This document shows positions 25,670-35,371 of a stretch of 52,961 nucleotides of DNA, one piece after another. The stretch covers positions 1 to 52,961 of the forward strand of contig JAQGDQ010001240.1 in assembly GCA_030141605.1 (NCBI GenBank), written 5' to 3'. The notes beneath the pieces are model-generated. The model searched no databases. It had not been told where the DNA came from and saw only the letters and a list, made by a program, of their open reading frames with translations. This DNA is from Tubiluchus corallicola (lineage: Eukaryota > Animalia > Priapulida). Each line of letters begins with the position of its first letter. Position 1 is the stretch's first letter. Both the position numbers and the translations under genes were made by a program.

Positions 25670-27528
25670 CTGGTAAGCGTGCCAGAATTAATTTAATTAA
25701 GTTGCAAAAACCAGGCATCTTTAAAACATTACGCCGAAAATTTTGCAAACAATAACTAAAATAATATTAATGTTACAGTTAAAGTTACCATGTATTATAA
25801 GGTCATACTTTAACGTTTAATATTACTGTTACAATCAAAGCATTTTTATATTATAAGGTAATACCTTAGTGCTATAAAATAGAATAGTACCATTTTAAGG
25901 ACGAGAACGTCATCAATCATGTTTCTTTATGTATAAGGTAAGTACAAGTTTTATGTATAACGAAAGTGTTTAGAGTATGAACATTTTTCGATTCCCGGGA
26001 GAGCATTTCCCGTGTGTGACGTTTAAATGTCACATACGGCATGCTTATGCATATCGAGGCTGTTCATGCAACTATTTTATTAAAACATTTAGTATGAGTT
26101 CAAAACATTTAGTACCAGTTCAAGCCCGGACACGACTTAACACCACAAGAATATATATCGGTAAGTACATTACGAACATTAACATGAAGCCGTCCCCCCC
26201 CCTCACTCATGACTTTACATAGAAGGCGATCAGACTTTCATTTTCTTAATTTATGACACGCGGACTCTTAAGAAGTTTCACTAAGAAACCGCGCTGAGCC
26301 ACGCAGGCGTCGTGTTTCATTCATGACTTTCACTTTCGTAATTTACGACCCAGGATTCCCAAGCTTTAAGAATACTTCTCTCCTAGAAGCCATATAAAGA
26401 TCGTGTTTCATTCCTACTGATACATGCTGGGTACATACACGGCAACGAACCATATGAGCGCTAAAAGTCTTAGCCCATAAAATGGCCCCCCGTGAATGAC
26501 GCCCAATGTTATGCTTCTAAACGTCACATAAACTTACACTGGGGCTTACCACGCCTAAAGACACTCAGAGACTTTTATTTAATGCGCTTCCCTTCAGATA
26601 ATGTAGCGTATAAATTTACTTAACAACTACACAAGTTCCAGAGAGGGATATTGCTTAAATGATTCAAGAATATTTGCACAACGTTCTAATGATTGACAGA
26701 ATAATTGTGTATTGCTGTAACGATTTTAAAGAATATTTCAAAAAGAGTATTTAGATATTGTTTTATCGACATTAGGAGGATATCTTACGGTATATCACTA
26801 AGTGTAATTAAATAAATACTTAACACAGCAACGAACATTTACGCTGTATTACTCTATAAAAAGAATTTCTATTCAACAAGCCCCATTGAAGTACTAGAAC
26901 GAATAACCAACATATTAAACTAAGATTATAGCTAGATTAAACTCGGAATTTCTAATTCAGATAACCGACTTGAATAAATGTATTGATCAAACGTTTTAGT
27001 CTAGAGTTTTAATTACTACAATCATTTCAAAACGGATAAAAATGACCATTTATAACTTATACATTTTAAATTCTAACGACCATTTACGAGAAAGTTAAAA
27101 CCAACTAACTGTCAGAAAATATAATCCATCTCACGTTTAGCTATAATTCAACTCACCCCTAGTTAATTACGGCAAATTACGCGCATCACTAGACAATGAT
27201 AAAAGATTATATATAGTCTAGACAAGTGTCTGTTAAAACCGAACGCGCGGACTCATCAACGCAGAGTATTATCACCAAATTAGTAATTCTTCATGCAGTA
27301 GAAAAAAAAAGGTATTTTCCTTGTAGACTCTAATCAGCGAATATTCGATTATTGTATAATGACTTATGATGCTAAATACAAACATACCTTCCTTGCGATC
27401 CGCCTTGATCCATAATGCATAGTCACACTTCTATATATATATGATATGTCCACATAAAGGATAAATATTTTTTTTTCTTTTCAAATTTTAGGATTTTTTT
27501 TAAATTTTTTTTTAATTTTCCACTTTTC

Positions 27529-28083
27529 TTAGCACTTCACCGCTAACCACCTTTCTTCCGTTCCCTCCTCCCAGTTGCGTTTATATACTCTCATCACCCG
27601 TGCCAGGTCCCATATTGTTATTATGTTATGTGCCGCGGTGCAGATACAAAAATTCTCTCGGTTGATAAAGCGGACCCGGCCGGGCGCGTATTTGGTCAGT
27701 AAATTTGCCATAACTGGCATCCCATGAATACTGCTCAGTTTTAGCACCACTAGTTCTTCCTGTAAAAGGAATATAAATCTTTATTAAAAGTCCTCGAGAC
27801 AAATTTTCTTTTAACTGCAGAATTAGCAATCTAGTGATTTTAACATAATAGTCCTTACCTCAAAAAAAAAAAACAAAACAAAAAAAAAACCATTACTTAC
27901 TCCATCAATGATGGACTTGCCGCAGAAAAGCTCGCATGTGCCAGGCAAGTACGTCATTTTTAGAGCACGACTAAGTTGGTCATGCAACTGTGCCCGTTCA
28001 TCCAAAACATCGTAAAAGTTCCCGCTCGTAATTTCGAGCTCTACTGCCAATAAGTAGGCATCTCTCGGTACTTCACATTCCAT
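27529..28083 (-). CDS. Two-exon antisense gene, 137 aa (exons 28083-27901, 27759-27529)
   Basis: Mirror of 23057-23611. Confidence 0.75.
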
Positions 28084-28784
28084 TTTTATTATTATTTTGA
28101 AACTAGTAAAACTGGTGAAACTAGAAAAAAAACTGAATACTTTGCACAACTGATTAAGACGCCTTGACCACACGAACAGAAATTACGAAGAGGGACTGAC
28201 CAACAACTGCAAGTCTCTTTTATGTGAGAGGCCTGGGAACTTTCGTATACTGCGTATAGAATTTGACTCCGTTTGGGCCCCAATGCTCATTACTAAGCGA
28301 TAAAAGTACTAATAGTGAAAACCCTAGACGCAAAACCGAAGCTTAACGACCATTCTGATCTACAACTTATCCTGAGAAAGGGGACTGCAAAATCTTTTCC
28401 CACGGACATTAACTGGCTTTAAGAAGAAAGATGAATTGTTTTTACTATTAGCTGTCCAGGCCAAAATTATTGCAAGTGGACACGTGCTTCACTCGCCCCC
28501 CTTTGATCAACGCTGATCGGATTTCAAGACTCACCAAATAAGTCGAGATTGTTAATTGAGCCACACTTATTTACGCATGCGCACATGCGCCAGGGATACA
28601 CCTTTAAAATAACTGTCCGTTACCTACTAAATCCATTCATCCAGATTTTTCTTATAGTAAGGGACTCTGAATAGACGTTAAGATAATTTTGCCTTGAATA
28701 CACATTAATCTTAATAATTTTTGCTGTGAATACATGTTAATCTCACCATCTCATAATTTGAATTTTTGTGAAAAAAAAAAGAGT

Positions 28785-28810
28785 ATGGAACTTTCAGGAA
28801 ATACGTAAGT
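28785..28810 (+). promoter_or_regulatory. Putative leader exon end and major splice donor (ATG GAA CTT TCA GGA AAT AC|GTAAGT)
   Basis: Consensus donor 102 nt upstream of a strong acceptor TTTTTTTTCCAG (AG at 28905-28906). Confidence 0.6.
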
Positions 28811-28906
28811 TTATCTTAAATTTATTCTAACCTTACTAATTTAGAGTCATAGAAATGATCTGTATAGGACAACCTGAATAATATTCCTTTTGAATTTTTT
28901 TTCCAG

Positions 28907-30877
28907 GACCAGTACTACAAACCTTTTATACAAAATCCTAATATTGGCAATATTCTTAAATCTGTACATTCTAATTCCTTACAATCATTCCCAAATCCAG
29001 CTCCCTTTAAAACAGGCCCAGGGGTTATATTTAAACAGAAATTAAATACTCCAGTTTCTAATGCAAGATGGCTACTTATTGCGCCGATACAGTTGGACCA
29101 CATTCAAGAATTTCTCACTAGAACGCTTTCCGAAATTCAACAATTAAGATTAATTAAAAAACCTGTCACAGTGATTAAAGCCTTTAAAACTGCTATTAAA
29201 AATAGAATCAGAAATCAACAATTTCGTTTAAATTCCATTAAGAATTTAATAGCCTCGTCTGCCCATGAATCTCACGTCGTCAAACGAAGCATTTTTCCGA
29301 ATCTAGGAAAGGCATTCAAATTTTTAATCGGAACCGCGAGTGAAGAAGATCTTCGAAATCTTCAAGATCAGATTACGAGTATCTTTAATACGCAACAAAA
29401 CACGCAAGATATTTTAGAAAATAACCTAGCCCTTATCAATAGCTCGCTAATTCGCTCTGCTAGAAATACAGAGTTAATTTATGACTTAGTGAACGCATCA
29501 GTTCAAACTCGACATTACATTAACAAACTGTCAAAACAGTTTACTGATGACTTGACTAAAACTCAACATAAATTGTTTACATTCTTGCAAACAAATTTGC
29601 TGTTTGATCACTTTATCTATAGCTTAGAAATCATTGATCAAGAATTGAATTCGTTATCCCAAGGTTTACATCAACTAATTCTTAATAAATTACCCCCAAC
29701 TTTAATAACCCCTATACACCTTCAAAAGTCTCTTAAACAAATTGAGGACCAGCTACCACAGAGCCTAATATTTCCAGCCGATATAAATAATCAATTATTC
29801 TATTATTACGAAACAATGTCGGCATTACCTATTCAAATTCCCGGAGGGTTTGCTATCCTAACAACATTAGATTTATATCATGTCAATCACATCTATCAAA
29901 TTTTTGAAGCAATATCGATCCCAGTCCGTCGGACATCAACCAATATTAATAAACCTGTTTATCTATATAACCAAATTGATCATCAGTATATTGCTACGAA
30001 TATTGAGCAGTCACTATATTTTTTCCCAGCCAAAGATGAAGCCTTTGCTTGTATTCAAAGCCCAAAACGTATCTGTAAGTTAGCACCAACGCCAATTTTT
30101 CCTGCAGATAGAATAGAATCATGTACAGCGGCATTGTTTTTCAAGGACACTATTAAAATAGATTTATTTTGTGATCAACGAGCAAGAATTATTAATAAAC
30201 TTGGACCAGTTATTATACCTCTAACTGAGAATACTTATTATATTAGCCCGAGTTTTGAAATTCAAGCCATAAAATCTTGTTACGTACCCCGCCAGGCTCA
30301 TAAGATTGGCACCCCCCTCACCATCAAGAACCCGATGATCCTGCAGTTAGAATCAGGGTGTGGCCTATCTTCTAAATATGCAAATTTACCAATATATTTT
30401 AAGAATCATTCAGACCTTACTTTAACTCAAACGGACATCCAAACAATCTTAGATACGGCACTTAATTTAAGTACTTGGAACGTTGATTTATTAGGAAGTA
30501 ATTTTACGATAGGAACACTTCAAACACTGCAAGCTCTGCCGTCACGAATGACAGAGGATGAACCACTTGACTTTTCTCTTAAAGGTAGTCAAAATCTCTT
30601 ATTAAAACGACAGAAGTTTTTGGACCACACTGATGAATTATTCAAAACCAAACCGGTTGACTTTTCCAATCATAAGGGTGCATCATTGACAACATACTTA
30701 TTTATAGCACTTATTATAATCTTTATTATAATTTATGTGACTTGTCGTACGAAAATTAAGACAGCATGTTGCCCCCGTCTTATAAACACCAAACCAACTT
30801 CTACCAAGGCTAAACCACCCCGCGGTACCCATTCTAACAAACCCAATACTCCGCCTATGACACCCCTAACCCAATGA
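28907..30877 (+). CDS. env: Env class I fusion glycoprotein (errantivirus/baculovirus-F type), copy C
   Basis: Frame open from the acceptor (656 codons). GVIF..W motif; VVKR/SIFPNLGKAFKFLIGTASEED cleavage site and fusion peptide; heptad region; LPPTLITP..L...L..I...LP; Cys cluster; C-terminal TM YLFIALIIIFIIIYV. Confidence 0.9.
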   Translation, partial: DQYYKPFIQNPNIGNILKSVHSNSLQSFPNPAPFKTGPGVIFKQKLNTPVSNARWLLIAPIQLDHIQEFLTRTLSEIQQLRLIKKPVTVIKAFKTAIKNRIRNQQFRLNSIKNLIASSAHESHVVKRSIFPNLGKAFKFLIGTASEEDLRNLQDQITSIFNTQQNTQDILENNLALINSSLIRSARNTELIYDLVNASVQTRHYINKLSKQFTDDLTKTQHKLFTFLQTNLLFDHFIYSLEIIDQELNSLSQGLHQLILNKLPPTLITPIHLQKSLKQIEDQLPQSLIFPADINNQLFYYYETMSALPIQIPGGFAILTTLDLYHVNHIYQIFEAISIPVRRTSTNINKPVYLYNQIDHQYIATNIEQSLYFFPAKDEAFACIQSPKRICKLAPTPIFPADRIESCTAALFFKDTIKIDLFCDQRARIINKLGPVIIPLTENTYYISPSFEIQAIKSCYVPRQAHKIGTPLTIKNPMILQLESGCGLSSKYANLPIYFKNHSDLTLTQTDIQTILDTALNLSTWNVDLLGSNFTIGTLQTLQALPSRMTEDEPLDFSLKGSQNLLLKRQKFLDHTDELFKTKPVDFSNHKGASLTTYLFIALIIIFIIIYVTCRTKIKTACCPRLINTKPTSTKAKPPRGTHSNKPNTPPMTPLTQ

Positions 30878-31048
30878 CCCGTAATAGACTTCCTCAATAC
30901 CAGCCTCCCAAGGAATTTATCAAAAAACCCGAACCACGGGAACCAATTGTTCGTTATAACCCAAATAACGATTCTGTTGATTTCGTATATCCGTCTTTAC
31001 ATTCCATTCAAGAACAGTAAAACTTCGTTTATTTCTTTTATTCTATAG

Positions 31049-31520
31049 TTTTACCCACGAGGCCGAAGATCACCTTTCGAAAATAGATGACAGCATAGAT
31101 AAATTTCTACAAGAACTTAACGAAACCTACGAAGTCAATTATAACTTGATTCGTAACCTTTCAACACCTGAGACACCCCAAACGCCCCAATCCAACTCCA
31201 CCTATGAGAATACTGAACAAATTATGCCTTTAACCTTTTCCCTCGCACCAGACACTCCGTTATCTCCCCAGGAAATATATCACTTTTTAAAATCACCACT
31301 TCCACCAATCCCAGACTCGTTAACAGCTGCTTCCAAAGACACACAGACTGACTTGACTTGTCAACCCAGCGAAAAAATTGTTTTTACTACAACTAAACTG
31401 TCACCCACTGTTTGTACTAAACAGACACAGACAGAATTTTCGTTTCCACCAGATCTTCTTGTTATTGTGAAACGCCCTTTATCGGAAAACGAGTTCTTTC
31501 ATAAATTCGCTCCCATATAA
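31049..31520 (+). CDS. Pro/Thr-rich accessory ORF exon (163 aa if spliced to the leader exon)
   Basis: Acceptor TTTTATTCTATAG (AG at 31047-31048); no ATG at its start; in frame with the phase-2 leader. Confidence 0.5.
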
Positions 31521-31580
31521 TTTATATAAAGTTTGATTCAACGCTAATTTGTGATGTATAGATATGTTTCATTTTGCAGC

Positions 31581-31739
31581 ATGAATACGCTACGATCTAA
31601 CCCCCCTACCGACGAAGTTATATCACGTCGCGCGTATATTACAGTCGTACTTTTGACACTACTTGTATTCTGCATAATAATAACGGGAATACTGTTTGCA
31701 GTCTGGGAAAGAAAATGTGAACTGCTGGGAAAACAATAA
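31581..31739 (+). CDS. 52-aa single-pass membrane accessory protein (copy C)
   Basis: Acceptor TTTTGCAG|cATG; TM helix; conserved in copy B. Confidence 0.55.
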   Translation: MNTLRSNPPTDEVISRRAYITVVLLTLLVFCIIITGILFAVWERKCELLGKQ

Positions 31740-32645
31740 AAGGGATGAAGAATTGAAATGTTGCCTTGAATAATATATGAGTAATTGTATAATGAGTATG
31801 ATTGGATACCTTAACCTATTTTCCATATATCATTCTTTCCTTTTTTACCTTAACCTTAAAACCCTGCCTAGCACGTGCAAGAAGCCAGCCGGCTTCATCT
31901 CAACAAGACAGCTATCGACCGCCGGAAGTCAGCACGGAAATCCATCGTACACACCGAGCGACGCAGCCAAGCCAAGCCAGTGATCATAGTAGTACACAAA
32001 CTTTGCAGCTGTCTTTGCTAATGTTTGCTAATCGCTCTAGAACTAGTCTACGTAAACTACAGAACAACTATTTTGTGAAATTGTGTAAACCAGAGCCCTA
32101 GTTGATATATGGTGAACAGCATCAAAGAAAACTTTGTTCCGGTGAACAGCATTAAAAATAACTTCGTTCTACGTTTCATTTACCAGTGCAATGAAACTAA
32201 ATATGAAACTAAATATTCGAGTATTAGCAACTTACACATATCAAAAACCACCTTTCAGGAAAACCTACTACCTCGTAAATTATAAAGGAGCTCAGTTTAT
32301 TATCTTAGAATTACTACATACGAAATATTTTAGAAGATATCCGTTGAGTGTAATTAACTTTAAACCGTACTTTGATCGATATTTAACAATGAGGATGATT
32401 AAACATCGTGTTTCGCAAAATGTGAATCAAGCAACTGTACCTACTATAAATTGTCAGGACTTTATAAATTGTCAGGACTTTATGCGCTGTCAGAACTATT
32501 TTAAACACTTAATGGGAGAACCACATATTTGTGTCGACGATATAATTTAAAAGAAACCTTTAGACTAACATATGTTGATGGTGCAAGAACATTCGGCCTT
32601 CGCTACATTATAAAGACGTTTAAAACGTTGTGTAATTGTTTAGCC

Positions 32646-33512
32646 ATGTCAGACACGGTTATACAAAGCTGCCTAGTCTGTTCTGCAGCAGCTTTCATTA
32701 AACACTATGGCAAATTAACGTGTAACGCGTGCCGCTATTTTTTTTACAGAAAGCAGCACGTTAAAAATGTATGTTCTAAACGTGGCTGTGTTGGAAATTG
32801 TCGTATTACCCCAGACACCAGACGTCATTGTCAACTTTGTAGATTTAACAAATGTATAGCCGTTGGTTTACAGCCAACTTCACCTCGTTTTGGGAGGTCA
32901 TCTAAATCTCGTCAGAATCGTCTCAAAGCTAAACTTAATTATCGGGTCAAATCTATTAACCGGATGGCAAACCAACTTCTACCTGTCGCCGTAAGAATCA
33001 CAATTCAGAAGGCATGCCAACAACCCGAATTACAAACATTACCTGTCGAAGACCAGAAAATTCTACTAAAATCTGGCGCTCCAAGTATAATTCTAATTTG
33101 GCTAAATACACTTATTAATTTCGTGTCGCTTGCCCAAGAATTAGTGCCGCAACATCAACTCAGTGATTTCGATGAGTTTACACAACAACTTTATAGAACT
33201 GCACAGGCGATCATGCTAGTTAGACCAACGCAAGACGAGTTGGAAATCTTAACAAACATCTTACTCTATGACTCAACTTGCCTTAATTTACAACGTCCAG
33301 ACCGAGTGGCTCATTTTCACTCTCGGTGGATAGAACGATTTAATTGTGAAATAGCACTTCACTGGCCTTCTAGATTCACCTCGCAAATGGGGGCTTTAAG
33401 CAACTTCCAGGCTTTATATCAAGCAGTAATCGCTTTTGCGACACGACTGAAGTCTGTCCAGCTCACCTTAGATCAAAACACTTGTTTTCAGACAGAGGAA
33501 GAGAATGAATGA
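32646..33512 (+). CDS. Nuclear receptor, 288 aa, intronless (copy C)
   Basis: Two C4 zinc fingers; LBD motifs PELQTLPVEDQKILLK, ELEILTNILLYD and PSRF; start GCCATG directly after TTGTTTAG. Confidence 0.93.
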   Translation: MSDTVIQSCLVCSAAAFIKHYGKLTCNACRYFFYRKQHVKNVCSKRGCVGNCRITPDTRRHCQLCRFNKCIAVGLQPTSPRFGRSSKSRQNRLKAKLNYRVKSINRMANQLLPVAVRITIQKACQQPELQTLPVEDQKILLKSGAPSIILIWLNTLINFVSLAQELVPQHQLSDFDEFTQQLYRTAQAIMLVRPTQDELEILTNILLYDSTCLNLQRPDRVAHFHSRWIERFNCEIALHWPSRFTSQMGALSNFQALYQAVIAFATRLKSVQLTLDQNTCFQTEEENE

Positions 33513-34810
33513 AAAATGAATAACATTACTGTATACTTATATTTTGAACTTTATGAAAAATGAATAACATTACTGTATACTTATATTTTGAACTTTAAGA
33601 ATAATGTTCAACATTTTGATCATTTTGATACAATTTTAACATGGAGATTCAATGAATAAATGAATAACATTGTGTGTTCAATGAATAATATGATGTTAAA
33701 GGAATAATATTGAATAACCGTGTGTATTCATATATGATGTCAAATGAAAGATATTGAATGACACTGTGTACTTATATTATGGATGAAATGATGTCAAATG
33801 AATGATTGTGTATGTATATTATGAAATGATGAATAACGTTGTATACTTATATTTTGAAATGCGTCCAATAATGTTGTGTTCCTGTATTTTGAAATGAAAT
33901 GTTGGATAGTATAATGTTGATTTTGCACGACGTGTGTATTTATATTGTATAATGATTGATGATTCATCGATGTCAGATTGTCATTTATACTTTTATGACC
34001 GTGATGGATGACGGATGATTTATTGATGCAGGTTGTCACTTATACTTTTGATGACCGCGATTGATGACCTGCAGATTGTCACTTATATTTTATGACGGTG
34101 ACTAATGATTCAGATTGTCACTTATATTTTATGACGGTGATTGACGACTCAAGTGACGACTCAGGTTGTCATTGATATCGTTTGATAATGATTGATGATT
34201 CAGGTTGTCAGCTGATGACTTATAGCTGATGACATATATATATCTATTTTGCCTTGATTTACGTAAATTTATATCCTGACTTGACTTGTATTCGGAATGG
34301 TATTTTAAATGGTATCAGTTGAACTCATATAATTACTCCTATAACTATATATCTCAATAGCATAGTTGATACGATAAAGAAAATCGATTAGGATAGTATA
34401 CTGCATGATTGGACCTATACACTCGTATATTGTGCGCTTATTTATATAGTTTGCATATATATATTAGAAACTTTGATAAATGTTACACGTATGTATCAAC
34501 TGTGTGTTTAATAATATTTGTATATCTCATTAGCCTAGTTATACTTACTAAGGATGATAACATGATAAGGAAAATTGCTTGCTATACTAGATTTAACCGG
34601 TATACCTCACATGTCCATATTACTGTTATCAATGTTGTAAATGTATAGTTTAGTATAAGGACGAGCAAGCCTCGTGCCTCCTTACTCACAAGGACATTCG
34701 GATTGCCTAGATATTTTAATTAGATATTTTAAATCAGATATTTTACTTAGATATTTTAACTGGATATTTTACTCACATATTTTAAAAATCAGATATCTTA
34801 AATCACATAT
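33513..34810 (+). repeat. Repeat-rich 3' UTR of the element
   Basis: Degenerate units such as GTGTACTTATATTTTGAAATG, CAG(G/A)TTGTCACTTATATTTTATGACGGTGATTGATGA and AGATATTTTAA. Confidence 0.7.
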
Positions 34811-34898
34811 TGGTCATGTATTTTAGACAGATGATATAATATTAAAATTATCTAATCTGCCAGCCCCGAGGGAACTAACTTCCTTTTAGGAAGAGAGG

Positions 34899-35371
34899 AG
34901 TAAAGAGAAGATGATAATTGTATGATTAGTATTAGCAGTTCAGAAATGAAACGACTCTATGAAGGGGATATGAGAGATATGTAGAAATGAAGCCATGATT
35001 TTAGGTGCGGCTGTCATGTGACTGAGTTCCATATATGGACATTGCCCGTCTGAATTGTCAGACTAGCAACAATTATAACGCATGCGCTGTGAGTCCAAAA
35101 AGCTGAAGGAAGCCAAGTGGAATGGGAGATCAGATCACGGGGGAATCTCGAGGAAGCAGGAACAGATCTTGGGCGGTTTGGCAGAGCTATGATATGTATT
35201 TTACCATGTAATATATTACTGTGAAATAAATGTGTTAGTCGCTCATCAATCCAGATCTTATAGCTTTGTCACCACCTCACGTCAATAAACGGCTGCGGCC
35301 TCCTCAATAATCCACCAACAAGTACTACCACTATACGACACAGCTCATAAACATAGCATATAAATTTTACT
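34899..35371 (+). mobile_element. 3' LTR of copy C (473 bp), PPT at 34888-34898
   Basis: AGGAAGAGAGG|AGTAAAG...TTTTACT; contains AATAAA. Confidence 0.93.

Larger units (their letters stand above)
20276..30864. repeat. ~5.2-kb inverted duplication (20276-25470 / 25670-30864) flanking the gap
   Basis: Paired ORF coordinates sum to 51140 and their translations are identical. Confidence 0.95.
25670..35371 (+). mobile_element. Copy C of env/nuclear-receptor LTR element (3' 9.7 kb)
   Basis: Order: antisense gene, env, accessory ORFs, NR, repeat-rich 3' UTR, PPT, LTR. Confidence 0.92.

Noticed and set aside
25392-25748. 94-aa ORFs on both strands
   Set aside because: They span the N gap
26600-27300. 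Frame punctuated by TAA/TAG, suggesting a recoded or decayed ORF
   Set aside because: Stop density is about what AT-rich random sequence gives; no recognisable motif
31777-32101. Overlapping 68-aa and 99-aa ORFs
   Set aside because: The 99-aa ORF lacks an ATG start, and B/C are too similar for conservation to be informative
32529-32645. 39-aa N-terminal extension of the NR in the ORF track
   Set aside because: Starts at TTG; an acceptor and GCCATG at 32646 are the more plausible start
34409-34648. 79-aa hydrophobic ORF in the 3' UTR (also 16386-16625)
   Set aside because: TTG start, AT-rich composition, and only partly retained in copy A
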